41,053 nucleotides of DNA from Candidatus Magasanikiibacteriota bacterium (GCA_018650085.1 JABIGQ010000035.1:1-41053), one strand, 5' to 3'; shown: positions 19,806 through 29,813, numbered from the stretch's first letter. Numbers and translations are program-made. The notes: generated from the sequence alone by a model not told the origin.

Positions 19806-20213
19806 ATGATGCCATTTAACATTGTGACACCAGAGGGCGTTATCTATAAAGATGATGTACTAAAAGTAACGGTGCCTACAGAGGCAGGGGAAGTTACTAT
19901 TTTAGAAAATCACGCACCAATGGTATCTATATTAAAAGCAGGAGAATTGCATATTTATAAAGATGATCAAATCATATCTATGGCGGTATCTACTGGGTTT
20001 ATTGAAATTCGTCCTACAGGAGAGTTGTATATTATTGCAGATACTGCAGAGCGTGCAACTGATATTGATATAGAGCGTGCAGAGACTGCAAAAAAACGTG
20101 CAGAAGAGTTATTAAAACAACAACAAGATATTAACGATATTGACTTTGCTCGTATTCAAGCAAGTTTAGAAAGAGCGATTACTCGTATAGGAGTAGGGAA
20201 TACGTATAAATAG
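19806..20213 (+). CDS. atpC: F1 subunit epsilon
   Basis: IVTPEG, GEVTILENHAP, DIDIERAE. Confidence 0.95.
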   Translation: MMPFNIVTPEGVIYKDDVLKVTVPTEAGEVTILENHAPMVSILKAGELHIYKDDQIISMAVSTGFIEIRPTGELYIIADTAERATDIDIERAETAKKRAEELLKQQQDINDIDFARIQASLERAITRIGVGNTYK

Positions 20214-20232
20214 ATAGTACATACATAATATT

Positions 20233-20262
20233 AAAAATCATCTATATATTAGATGATTTTTT
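20233..20262 (+). terminator. Terminator of the atp operon
   Basis: AAAAATCATCTA-TATAT-TAGATGATTTTTT. Confidence 0.7.
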
Positions 20263-20333
20263 GTTTTAACTGTAACAATAATACTGTTTCAGCGTCTACT
20301 TATATGTAGAGTTATAATAATTTTAATATATTT

Positions 20334-22094
20334 ATGAAATATTTAACAAAAAAGACATTAAAAATTTATTTAGAACATTCCAAGAAATATTGGTTTTTGT
20401 TTGGCTTAGCTATTGCAGCAGTCATTGGGACTTCTATTGTTCAAGCACTTATTCCATTGGTGTATAAGGAATTTTTTGATACTATTTATCAGGCATCTGC
20501 GCCTTTGGAAGTAAAAAATACATTATTTTATTTGTTATTTAAAGTGGCGGGGTTGTATTCCATTATGTGGGTATTATGGAGAGTTGTTGAATTTTCCATA
20601 ACATACGCACAATCTCGTACGATTGAAAACCTTTTTCAATCATGTTTTTCATATATTCATAAACATAGTTTTTCTTTTTTTCAAGATCAATTTATAGGAT
20701 CATTGGTAAAAAAAGCAACACGATTTACTAGAGCATACGAGGCACTTCAAGATACATTCGTGTTTACTTTTGTTTCTAATTCTTTTGTTGTTGGAACTAT
20801 TATTGTTGTTTTAGCACAAAGAAATATATTATTAACAAGTTTTGTGGTGGCTTGGTTAGTATTTTTTATCGTAGCCAATATTTTATTTAGTAGATTTAAA
20901 CTAAAATACGATATAAAGAGATCTAAAACAGATTCAAAGATTAGTGCACAATATGCGGATACTTTAACAAATAATGTAAATGTAAAGTTATTTAATGGAT
21001 ACGGGCAAGAGAAAAAAGCATTTGCGAATATTACAAAAGAATGGGGAATAATCAATCGTCTTTCATGGAATTTATCTAGTCTTAATTTCGCAGTGCAGGC
21101 ATTGTTAATGATTGTATTAGAAGTAGGCATGATGTATTATGCTGTTATTTTATGGGAAAGAGGATTATTTACTATTGGAGATTTTGTATTAATTCAAAGT
21201 TATGTAGTATTATTAGTTCATAGAATATGGGATTTTGGGCGAGTGATTCGTCATTGGTATGAAAGGTTTGCAGATGCAGAGGAAATGAGTGAAATATTTG
21301 AAATGCCACACGAAATTAGAGATGCAAAAAATGCAGTACCATTGGAAATAGAGCAGGGTAATATTGAATTTCAGGATGTAACTTTCAGGTATAGACAGAC
21401 TAGAGCAATTATGAAAGATTTTAATCTTAAGTTTAGTGCTGGGAAAAGTTATGCACTGGTAGGTCCATCTGGTGCAGGAAAATCTACGATTGTAAATTTG
21501 CTTTTACGGCAGTTTGATGTAACAAAAGGAAAAATCCTTATTGACGGGCAGTCCACGAAACGTATTACACAAGAAACTCTTTGGAGAAGTATTAGTTTTG
21601 TTCCACAAGATCCTATTTTATTTCATAGAAGTTTACTAGAAAATATTCGTTATGGACGAACTGACGCTACGGATGAAGAAGTAGTAGAGGCTGCAAAGGC
21701 AGCGTCTTGTCATGAGTTTGTTATGAATTTTCCTAAGAAGTATAAAACATTAGTGGGAGAACGTGGAGTAAAATTATCTGGAGGAGAGCGTCAGCGTGTG
21801 GCTATTGCTCGTGCTATACTGCGTAATGCTCCTATTCTTATATTAGATGAAGCCACATCTAGTCTTGATTCAGAATCAGAAAGATTAATCCAAAATGCGC
21901 TAGATAAACTAATGAAAGGAAAAACAGTTATTGTGATTGCACATAGATTATCTACCATTATGAAGATGGATAAAATTATTGTTGTGGAAGCTGGAAAAAT
22001 AAAAGAAGAGGGGACACATAAACAATTACTTCGTAAAAAAGATGGTTTGTATAGAAGATTGTGGGAATTGCAGGCTGGTGGGTTTATTGCGTAA
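20334..22094 (+). CDS. ABC exporter, fused permease/ATP-binding protein (MsbA/MdlB-like)
   Basis: Multi-TM N-domain; GPSGAGKS, LSGGERQR, ILILDEATS, IAHRLST. Confidence 0.93.
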   Translation: MKYLTKKTLKIYLEHSKKYWFLFGLAIAAVIGTSIVQALIPLVYKEFFDTIYQASAPLEVKNTLFYLLFKVAGLYSIMWVLWRVVEFSITYAQSRTIENLFQSCFSYIHKHSFSFFQDQFIGSLVKKATRFTRAYEALQDTFVFTFVSNSFVVGTIIVVLAQRNILLTSFVVAWLVFFIVANILFSRFKLKYDIKRSKTDSKISAQYADTLTNNVNVKLFNGYGQEKKAFANITKEWGIINRLSWNLSSLNFAVQALLMIVLEVGMMYYAVILWERGLFTIGDFVLIQSYVVLLVHRIWDFGRVIRHWYERFADAEEMSEIFEMPHEIRDAKNAVPLEIEQGNIEFQDVTFRYRQTRAIMKDFNLKFSAGKSYALVGPSGAGKSTIVNLLLRQFDVTKGKILIDGQSTKRITQETLWRSISFVPQDPILFHRSLLENIRYGRTDATDEEVVEAAKAASCHEFVMNFPKKYKTLVGERGVKLSGGERQRVAIARAILRNAPILILDEATSSLDSESERLIQNALDKLMKGKTVIVIAHRLSTIMKMDKIIVVEAGKIKEEGTHKQLLRKKDGLYRRLWELQAGGFIA

Positions 22095-22135
22095 AGGATA
22101 AAATGATTTTAGAAGTGAAGATACCTGGGTATATA

Positions 22136-22164
22136 TTGAATATTAAAGTACGAAATGCTATGAT
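22136..22164 (+). promoter_or_regulatory. sigma70 promoter (extended -10) for sanA
   Basis: TTGAAT-17-TATGAT with TG upstream of the -10. Confidence 0.5.
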
Positions 22165-22191
22165 ATACAGTATAAATATTAACTAATCATT

Positions 22192-22848
22192 ATGCTTAAA
22201 AAAATAATAAAAAAGATAATACTATTTGGTATTTTATCTATTTTTATAAGTGGGCTGCTTATTGTAATTGCGAATTATTTTGTAGAAAAGAAGTCAGAAG
22301 GAAAAATATTTTCAGAAGTAGAGCAGGTTGAGGTAAATGATGTTGGGTTACTACTGGGAACGGCAAAGTATATGTATGATGGAAGAGAAAATTTATATTA
22401 CACATATCGTATAGATGCAGCTGTTGCATTATTTGAAGCAGGAAAAATTTCATATATCCTTGTTAGTGGAGATAATGGGCGAAAAGAATATGATGAACCA
22501 AGTTCCATGAAAGAGGATCTAATTGCTAGAGGAGTGCCAGAAGAGAAAATTTATCTAGATTATGCTGGTTTTCGTACTCTAGATTCTGTTGTGCGGAGTA
22601 AAGAAATATTTGGGCAAGAGATTATTACTGTTATTTCACAAGAATTTCATAATAAACGGGCTATCTACATTGCACAATCAAAAGGGATTGAAGCTATTGG
22701 ATTTAATGCAAAAGATGTAAATATATATTATCTCGTCAATATAAACATACGAGAAAAGTTAGCACGGGTAAAGATGATAGGGGATCTTATGTTTGGGAAA
22801 GATCCAAAGTTTTTAGGAGAGAAGATTGAAATTGGTGGGAAAGAATAG
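22192..22848 (+). CDS. sanA: SanA/YdcF (DUF218) family protein
   Basis: GLLLGTAK, LVSGDNG..YDEP, DYAGFRTLDSVVR, SQEFHNKRA. Confidence 0.9.
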   Translation: MLKKIIKKIILFGILSIFISGLLIVIANYFVEKKSEGKIFSEVEQVEVNDVGLLLGTAKYMYDGRENLYYTYRIDAAVALFEAGKISYILVSGDNGRKEYDEPSSMKEDLIARGVPEEKIYLDYAGFRTLDSVVRSKEIFGQEIITVISQEFHNKRAIYIAQSKGIEAIGFNAKDVNIYYLVNINIREKLARVKMIGDLMFGKDPKFLGEKIEIGGKE

Positions 22849-22883
22849 TAGTTTATTATAAAGCTTAATTTATATATCAATCC

Positions 22884-22912
22884 TTGATTGAATGTATTTT
22901 TCATGCTATCAT
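22884..22912 (+). promoter_or_regulatory. sigma70 promoter (extended -10) for the HAD-HD cluster
   Basis: TTGATT-17-TATCAT with TG upstream of the -10. Confidence 0.5.
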
Positions 22913-22937
22913 TTCTATATTCTCTTAAAAAGAAGTT

Positions 22938-23534
22938 ATGAAAACACTAATTTTTGATTTTGATGGAGTCATCCATGATACATTTGAATTTCATAGGGGG
23001 AATATAAATGAATTATTTGGAGTTGACGTTTCTATGCAGGAATATAAGGATATGCATAATGGTAACTTTTTTTCAGATTTTCCAGATATGTTAAAAGATG
23101 TTAACTGGAATGAATATGGAGATTATATTACAGCAAAGCATTCTTTATTAAAAATTGAGCAAGGAATAAAAGATTTTTTTATAAAACTCTATGATAAGCA
23201 TGACTTACATATAGTTAGTTCAGGGAGTAGGTTTAGGATAGAAGAGTATTTAGAAAATCAAAAAATGAGCCATGTATTTAAAGAGGTATTGGGGAAAGAG
23301 GATAGCCTTTCAAAGGTTGTAAAATTTTCTATGATTTTTGATAAATATAATCTTACTTCAGATGAGTGTATGTTTATTACAGATACATTAGGTGATATTA
23401 TAGAGGGAAATGAAGCAAATATAAAAACTATTGCAGTAGACTTTGGGTTTCATGATAGGGCATTGTTAGAAAAAGGAAATCCATATAAAATTATATCTGA
23501 TTTTAATGAATTATTTGATATTTTAGCAGAATAA
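22938..23534 (+). CDS. HAD-superfamily hydrolase
   Basis: IFDFDGVIHDT, VSS, K, ITDTLGD. Confidence 0.88.
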   Translation: MKTLIFDFDGVIHDTFEFHRGNINELFGVDVSMQEYKDMHNGNFFSDFPDMLKDVNWNEYGDYITAKHSLLKIEQGIKDFFIKLYDKHDLHIVSSGSRFRIEEYLENQKMSHVFKEVLGKEDSLSKVVKFSMIFDKYNLTSDECMFITDTLGDIIEGNEANIKTIAVDFGFHDRALLEKGNPYKIISDFNELFDILAE

Positions 23535-23535
23535 T

Positions 23536-24093
23536 ATGGATATTGTTTTAGAAATAAAAAATTTTGTAGAAGAAGAATGCAAAAAGCCTACAAGTAAATA
23601 TGGGTATAGTCCATTTACATCTCATTTTACCCCTATGGTGGCTTGTGCAGAAAAGTTAGCAGATGAATTAGGAGGGGATAAAGAAATAATTTCCATTGCT
23701 GCATGGTTACATGATATAGGGTCAATTATATATGGAAGAAAAGATCATCATATTACTGGAGTTGAAATTGCAGAAAAAAAATTAAAAGAATTAGATTATC
23801 CGGAAGAAAAAATTGAATTAGTAAAGGATTGTATCCGTCATCATCGTGGATCACAGGATTATACGCAAGAAACTTTAGAAGAACAAATTATTGTAGATGC
23901 AGATGCTATGAGTGCTTTCGATAGTATTGCAGGAAATTTCTGTGCTGCGTTTGTATATGAGAAAAAAACAGAGGCAGAAGCAAAAGAGGCGGTAAGAGAA
24001 AAATTTAAAAGAAAATGGAAACAGCTCCATTTTGATAAGTCAAAAGAGCTAGTGAAAGCGAAGTATGAGGCGGCGATGTTGTTACTTGGTTAA
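23536..24093 (+). CDS. HD-domain phosphohydrolase
   Basis: H...AAWLHDIG...DHH...IRHH...DADA. Confidence 0.88.
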   Translation: MDIVLEIKNFVEEECKKPTSKYGYSPFTSHFTPMVACAEKLADELGGDKEIISIAAWLHDIGSIIYGRKDHHITGVEIAEKKLKELDYPEEKIELVKDCIRHHRGSQDYTQETLEEQIIVDADAMSAFDSIAGNFCAAFVYEKKTEAEAKEAVREKFKRKWKQLHFDKSKELVKAKYEAAMLLLG

Positions 24094-24097
24094 ATAT

Positions 24098-24709
24098 ATG
24101 AAAAAAATATTATTTCCATATTATTATCATAAAAAACATTCTTTTTCTTTAAAAAATAAAAAGGGGAAGATATTATTTGCTTTATTTATAGTTTTTATTT
24201 TCTTTGCTCTTCGGGAGTTTTGGGATTATGAGATGTGGTATAAGCAATTTATTTGTAGAGGGATGAAAGCTTCTGCTGAAGAAATATTATTTTGTAAAGA
24301 AAAATATTCGATTTTTTCTTTTTATGTTATCCCATATGTTTTTGCTCAAATTGTTTTGTTATTTTATGGTATACAATTTATCTTTTTTAAGATAATCTTA
24401 GATTATAAAAATGCTTGGGTTTTTTTTAAGAAACATTGGGACTTGCTTGTCTTATTTACCATTATTTTTGTACAATGTTACTTATTTTATAAAGGAATGA
24501 AACGATGTAGTAATCCGTTTTATGATATTTTTCCTCGGTCAACTTGTCGTTTTATGTGTGGGTTTTATATTGTATTTCTTTATGTTTTGTTACCTCCTGT
24601 TACGCTTGTTTCTATTGTACGAACTTATATAAAGGATTTGCAGAAGGTCCGTTATTTTATTGTGGGTGTTATTTTATCTATATTATTATTTGGATTGTAT
24701 GTTAAGTAG
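24098..24709 (+). CDS. Hypothetical multi-TM protein (start revised to ATG 24098)
   Basis: Several hydrophobic helices; ATG 4 bp after the HD stop. Confidence 0.6.
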   Translation: MKKILFPYYYHKKHSFSLKNKKGKILFALFIVFIFFALREFWDYEMWYKQFICRGMKASAEEILFCKEKYSIFSFYVIPYVFAQIVLLFYGIQFIFFKIILDYKNAWVFFKKHWDLLVLFTIIFVQCYLFYKGMKRCSNPFYDIFPRSTCRFMCGFYIVFLYVLLPPVTLVSIVRTYIKDLQKVRYFIVGVILSILLFGLYVK

Positions 24710-24710
24710 T

Positions 24711-24998
24711 ATGAAATTTTTATTTTTTAAACGACACTGGGATTTAATCATACTGTTAATTCTGCCTTTAGAGTTATATTTGGTTCCAAAAATATCTAAA
24801 TTTTATCCATGGGAGTTCCGTCTTTTTTTAGGATCGATGTTTGTTCAGACTTTAGTTGTTTGTAGTGTTTTTATAGGAGTATCTATATATAGGACAAAGT
24901 TGCATAATATTTCTTATAAGAGACATGTTTTTAGCGCAATAGTGATATGTATCTGGATTTTAATTCTTGCTAGCCAAGCATCCTTTCTCATGTTATAA
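24711..24998 (+). CDS. Small hypothetical 3-TM protein (start revised to ATG 24711)
   Basis: MKFLFFKRHWDLII; similar to the C-terminal half of the previous ORF. Confidence 0.6.
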   Translation: MKFLFFKRHWDLIILLILPLELYLVPKISKFYPWEFRLFLGSMFVQTLVVCSVFIGVSIYRTKLHNISYKRHVFSAIVICIWILILASQASFLML

Positions 24999-25007
24999 TA
25001 CAAACAT

Positions 25008-25541
25008 ATGGTATTTACATTCCCAATTTTAATTATTTTAGCCATCTTATTTTTTTCTATGTCAAAAGAAATAAAAAAAGACTCAAATCCAAAGTTCTTC
25101 TTCCTACATCTACTCTCTATAGTGACCTTATATGTCTCTGCAGTGAGTTTTATTACCATGATATTTCAGGTTATTAATATTTATTTTCCGGATGCAATGC
25201 AAGGGGATATCTATTATCGTTCTGAAAATACGTATCAAATTTTACGTTCGGCTATTTCATTTTTACTAGTAATGTTTCCTGTATACATAGGAACACTCTT
25301 TACCCTTGATAAAGTTTATCTAAAAGATAAGAAAACAAGAGATTCTGCTGTCCGTAAATGGTTGATTTATTTAACATTATTTGTAGGGGCGCTTACTGTA
25401 TTATTTACTTTAGTAAGTGTCTTTAATACATTTTTAGATGGAGAGTTAACCACGAGATTTTTTTTGAAAGTACTTACTATTCTATTTGTAGCTGGTGGGG
25501 TGCTTTCATACTATGGTCATGATTTAAAGAAATTTAAATAA
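25008..25541 (+). CDS. DUF5671-like membrane protein (start 25008 or 25059)
   Basis: PKFFFLHLLSIVTLYVS..FPD, RKWLIYLTLFV, FLDGELTTRF, recalled as a CPR family. Confidence 0.65.
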   Translation: MVFTFPILIILAILFFSMSKEIKKDSNPKFFFLHLLSIVTLYVSAVSFITMIFQVINIYFPDAMQGDIYYRSENTYQILRSAISFLLVMFPVYIGTLFTLDKVYLKDKKTRDSAVRKWLIYLTLFVGALTVLFTLVSVFNTFLDGELTTRFFLKVLTILFVAGGVLSYYGHDLKKFK

Positions 25542-25547
25542 GTATAT

Positions 25548-26012
25548 ATGAAATATCTATTTACAAGTATTTTGATTATTGTTATTGGAGCTATAGGATT
25601 TTCATTGTATAGTGTAGGTTCACCTGCAAAAGCGCGAGAAATGCAATTTGATAAACAACGAGTAAGAGATCTAGAAGATATAGTATATGATATGGAAGAT
25701 TATCATAGAAGAAAAAAGGCAATGCCAGAGACGTATCAAGAGATGAACACTAGAAAAATTCTTGATCCAAAAACAAAAAAACCATATGCATATCGTCATT
25801 TGTCAGAAAGTGATTATGAATTATGCGCTACATTTACTTATGCATCGAGAGAAAGAGCATTTGAGTATGATAGACTTATGTATATGGGGGAAGAAGATAA
25901 TATACATGAATATATTTATATGCATGGTGCAGGAGAACAGTGTTTTCAATTTGAATTGGTAAAAGATTCAGAGGGTGATGATGCATATTATTATACAGAA
26001 GTAAAAAAATAA
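25548..26012 (+). CDS. Hypothetical membrane-anchored protein, pilin-like features
   Basis: N-terminal TM, GSP..R..FD..RV.DL..I, DP.T..PY.Y, YELCATF...CF. Confidence 0.7.
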   Translation: MKYLFTSILIIVIGAIGFSLYSVGSPAKAREMQFDKQRVRDLEDIVYDMEDYHRRKKAMPETYQEMNTRKILDPKTKKPYAYRHLSESDYELCATFTYASRERAFEYDRLMYMGEEDNIHEYIYMHGAGEQCFQFELVKDSEGDDAYYYTEVKK

Positions 26013-26048
26013 TTTATTTACTCAAAAATTGTGGAGAGAGGTAGACTT

Positions 26049-28973
26049 ATGGCAAAAAATAAATTAAATAAAGAACAACAGCAAGCAGTGGATCATATGA
26101 ATGGTCCACTTTTAATCGTAGCTGGAGCAGGGACTGGAAAAACGACTGTAGTGACAAAAAAAATCTCAAAACTTATTGAAGAAAAAGGAATTGCTGCAGA
26201 ACAGATTCTTACTCTTACGTTTAATGAAAAAGCTGCTGCAGAAGTGACCGAGCGTGTAGATACATTATTATCTGTGGGGTATGTGGAATTACCTATTGGG
26301 ACATTTCATGCTTTTTGTCAGGGAATATTAGAAGAATTTGGCTTAGACATAGGACTTTCTCGTCAGTTCAAGGTGTTATCAGAAATTGATACATGGTTAC
26401 TTATACGGGAACATTTGTATGATTTTTCTTTGGATTATTATCGCCCTATGGGGAACCCTACTAGTCATATTCATGCATTATTACAGCATTTTTCTAAATG
26501 TAAAGATGAACTTATATCACCAGAACAATATGTAGAATATACGCAGAATATAGAGAATGAAGATGCACAGGAGATTGAACGGCTAAAAGAAGTTGCAGAG
26601 GCATATAACACTTATAATAAATTGCTACTAGATAACAGCGCGCTTGATTTTGGGGATCTTATTTTTTATACAGTAAAATTGCTTGAAGAACGTCCTGCTA
26701 TTTTAAAACAATTACAAGAACGGTTTCAGTATATATTAGTTGACGAATTTCAAGATGTAAATTGGTCGCAGTATCGCCTGGTTCAATTACTTGCGAGTGC
26801 GCATAATAATATTACTGTAGTGGGAGATGATGACCAAAGTATTTATGCATTTCGTGGGGCCAGTGTTTCAAATATTATGCGATTTGAAAGCGATTATACG
26901 AATGTGGAAAAGATAGTGCTTCGAGAAAACTATCGTTCAGGACAAGAAATTTTAGATATATCATATAAATCAATTCAAGAAAACAATCCAGATCGTTTGG
27001 AAGTAAAGTTGGGGATTAATAAAAAATTAATTGCAAGCGGAGCAATAAAAAAAGCATCTGTGACGCATATTCATAAACCCACACTAGAGTTGGAAGCAAA
27101 AGCAGTCATAGAAGAAATACAAGCATTGAAAAAGATACATTCAGATATGACGTGGGATGACGTGGTTATATTGGCACGTGCAAATAGTCATGTAGAGCCA
27201 TTTATAGCAGAGCTAGAGGACGCGGGGCTTCCGTATGAGTTTATTGCATCAGCGGGACTTTATCGTCAACCTATTGTGTTAGATTGTATTAATTTTTTCA
27301 AGGCAGTAGATAATAGATATGATTCTACTGCACTCTATCGTATGCTTCATTTGCCATGCATGGATATAAATGCGCATGAAGTACAGCAAATCATGTATTA
27401 TGCAAAGAGGAAAAGTATAAGTTATTATGGGGCATTAAAAAAAGTACATGAAGTACAAGTATCCCCACAGACAGTCGCTTTTGCAAAAAAAATAGTTACT
27501 TTGATTGACGCATCTATTCGTACATATAAGCAGGTGAAACCATCTCAATTATTATATTCATTTTTAGAAAGCACAGGATATTTGGCATATATTGTAAAAG
27601 AAGAAGGACAAGGAAACAGAGAAGTTATTCGACAAATTTTTCAGTTAAAGCAATTTTTTGAAGTGGTATCTTCTTATGAAAAAGGGCATCCAGAGGCTAA
27701 TATCCAATCATTTTTAGATTATTACAAGCAAGTGATAGAAGCAGGGGATAAAGGGAAAATGCATCAGTTAAAAGATACTCCAGATTCAATTAATCTTATG
27801 ACAGTGCATGGATCAAAGGGATTGGAATATCGTTTTGTATTTATTATAAATATGGTTCAAGATAGGTTCCCGGCACGAAAGCGTGGAGAAGGAATTGCTA
27901 TGCCTATTTCTCTTATAAAAGAGACATTACCAGAAGGGGATTATCATCTCCAAGAAGAACGACGATTATTTTATGTAGCGATTACTCGTGCAAAAGAAAA
28001 ATTGTATTTAACGAGTGCGACAAACTATGGGGGAAAACGAGATAAAAAAATAAGTCGTTTTTTACATGAACTTGGATTTGTAATTACAGAAAAAGAAGAA
28101 GGAGAGGAAAAAAGTATTTTGCCAGTAAAACAAACACAAATTGAGTTTAATCGTCCTGTGGCATATACCATACCCAAATCATTTTCCTATTCGCAAATTA
28201 GCACATATGAAACGTGCCCATATAAATATAAACTCGCACACATTATTCGTGTCCCAACAAAAGGAACTGGAAATATCAGTTTTGGGATTACCATGCATTC
28301 TGTGTTCCAACGATTTTATGAAGCAATTCAAACAAAAAATAGTGCAACCCAAGCATCATTATTTGACGCACAACCTGTAGAGACAAAGGAAGATGGTGTC
28401 GTCATTGCCCCAACACTAGATGAGTTATTGGAATTATATGAGAGCAAATGGGTGGATGATTGGTATGAATCTACTAGACAAAGAAATGACTATTATGAAA
28501 AAGGAAAAAAGATTTTGAGAACATTTTATGCAGCACAAGAGGGACAGTGGGCTATACCATTGGCTTTAGAAAAAGGATTTACTATCCGAGTAGGGGAGTA
28601 TACCGTGAGAGGAAGTATTGATAGAGTAGATCAGATGGATGATGGTACACTTGAAATTATTGATTATAAGACAGGAAAAACAAAGGAAAAAATTATAGGG
28701 AAAGATAAAGATCAGCTTCTTATTTATCAGATGGCAGCCCAAACATTGCCCGCATATAGAAATGTTGGGGCAGTTGGAACATTGACATTTTATTATCTAC
28801 AAGATAATGTGAAGACATCATTTGTGGGGAAAGAAAAAGATATCGAAAAATTACGTGAAAGATTGGTTGGAGTAATTGACCATATTCATGATGGAAAATT
28901 TGAGGCAACTCCAAGTAAACATATGTGCGCTTATTGTGATTTTAAAGATGTGTGTAATTTTAAACAATTATAA
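26049..28973 (+). CDS. UvrD/PcrA-type SF1 helicase fused to a PD-(D/E)XK nuclease (AdnA/B-, AddA-like)
   Basis: AGAGTGKT, VDEFQD, VGDDDQSIY.FRGA, NYRS, TVHGSKGLE, EERRLFYVAITRA; C-terminal GSIDRVD..IIDYKTG..QLLIY; four Cys. Confidence 0.92.
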   Translation: MAKNKLNKEQQQAVDHMNGPLLIVAGAGTGKTTVVTKKISKLIEEKGIAAEQILTLTFNEKAAAEVTERVDTLLSVGYVELPIGTFHAFCQGILEEFGLDIGLSRQFKVLSEIDTWLLIREHLYDFSLDYYRPMGNPTSHIHALLQHFSKCKDELISPEQYVEYTQNIENEDAQEIERLKEVAEAYNTYNKLLLDNSALDFGDLIFYTVKLLEERPAILKQLQERFQYILVDEFQDVNWSQYRLVQLLASAHNNITVVGDDDQSIYAFRGASVSNIMRFESDYTNVEKIVLRENYRSGQEILDISYKSIQENNPDRLEVKLGINKKLIASGAIKKASVTHIHKPTLELEAKAVIEEIQALKKIHSDMTWDDVVILARANSHVEPFIAELEDAGLPYEFIASAGLYRQPIVLDCINFFKAVDNRYDSTALYRMLHLPCMDINAHEVQQIMYYAKRKSISYYGALKKVHEVQVSPQTVAFAKKIVTLIDASIRTYKQVKPSQLLYSFLESTGYLAYIVKEEGQGNREVIRQIFQLKQFFEVVSSYEKGHPEANIQSFLDYYKQVIEAGDKGKMHQLKDTPDSINLMTVHGSKGLEYRFVFIINMVQDRFPARKRGEGIAMPISLIKETLPEGDYHLQEERRLFYVAITRAKEKLYLTSATNYGGKRDKKISRFLHELGFVITEKEEGEEKSILPVKQTQIEFNRPVAYTIPKSFSYSQISTYETCPYKYKLAHIIRVPTKGTGNISFGITMHSVFQRFYEAIQTKNSATQASLFDAQPVETKEDGVVIAPTLDELLELYESKWVDDWYESTRQRNDYYEKGKKILRTFYAAQEGQWAIPLALEKGFTIRVGEYTVRGSIDRVDQMDDGTLEIIDYKTGKTKEKIIGKDKDQLLIYQMAAQTLPAYRNVGAVGTLTFYYLQDNVKTSFVGKEKDIEKLRERLVGVIDHIHDGKFEATPSKHMCAYCDFKDVCNFKQL

Positions 28974-28974
28974 T

Positions 28975-29493
28975 ATGGAACTTTTTATACCGTATCTGGT
29001 ACTAGCTATTATTGCATTAGTTTGTGTGCCATTTATTATTTATGGAGTATTTGCAATGAAAAGTGCAGCGCCTTTTGTGCCTGCTATGAAAAAAAATGTA
29101 AAAAAGATGATAAAGGAAGCAAATATACAGTCAGATGAAACAGTTATGGATTTAGGGTCAGGAGATGGAAGAATTGTTCGGATGGCGGCACCGTATGCAA
29201 AAGAATCTATTGGTATTGAAATAAATCCTGTGTTATATCATTTGAGTAGGTTTTTACATCTATTTAGTAGAAAGAAAAACATAACGTATCTTCGGAAAAA
29301 TTTATGGAAGGTATCATTGGCAGAAGTGGATGTATTGTTTCTATTTTTTATTAGTACAAAAATGCCTAAATTGAAAGAAAAAATAATGAAAGAGATGAAA
29401 CCAGGAAGTAGAGTGGTCTCTCATACATTTTCATTTCCAGACTGGAAACCAGAGAAAAAACATGGTATAGTATCTGTATATCGTGTTGAGTAG
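28975..29493 (+). CDS. Class I SAM-dependent methyltransferase with N-terminal TM (FAM173/aKMT-like); start revised to ATG 28975
   Basis: APFVP, DLGSGDGRIV, GIEINP, NLWKV, PGSRVVS..F.FPDW. Confidence 0.85.
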   Translation: MELFIPYLVLAIIALVCVPFIIYGVFAMKSAAPFVPAMKKNVKKMIKEANIQSDETVMDLGSGDGRIVRMAAPYAKESIGIEINPVLYHLSRFLHLFSRKKNITYLRKNLWKVSLAEVDVLFLFFISTKMPKLKEKIMKEMKPGSRVVSHTFSFPDWKPEKKHGIVSVYRVE

Positions 29494-29501
29494 TTAGTTT
29501 A

Positions 29502-29813
29502 ATGAATAATTTTATGGGCTTTACACCTATTGGAAGTACGATTGATGATAAAATGAATCAGGATCATGCATTAAAAAATCAAATTGATGCTACTGCAGTT
29601 ATTGAGTTTGCCCAGAAAGTTTTTGAAGAGCAATTTGGTAAAAATGATGCTGCTTGTGTAAAACCATTGTTTTTAAAAAATAGAACCCTTACGGTGACAT
29701 GTTCTAGTTCAGCAGTTGCACAAGAAATTAGGCTAAACCAAGCGGAAATTGTAGAAAAAATGAATAAAGTGATGGATGGCGATCATGTAGATCGTATTCG
29801 GTATTTACTCTAA
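29502..29813 (+). CDS. DciA/DUF721 family protein
   Basis: LKNRTLTVTCSSSAVAQEIRL..I..K.N....V.RIR. Confidence 0.75.
   Translation: MNNFMGFTPIGSTIDDKMNQDHALKNQIDATAVIEFAQKVFEEQFGKNDAACVKPLFLKNRTLTVTCSSSAVAQEIRLNQAEIVEKMNKVMDGDHVDRIRYLL

Noticed and set aside
20295-20310. TCTACT-TATAT-GTAGA resembling a Cas12a repeat stem
   Set aside because: Single copy, lacks the AATT prefix, no array.
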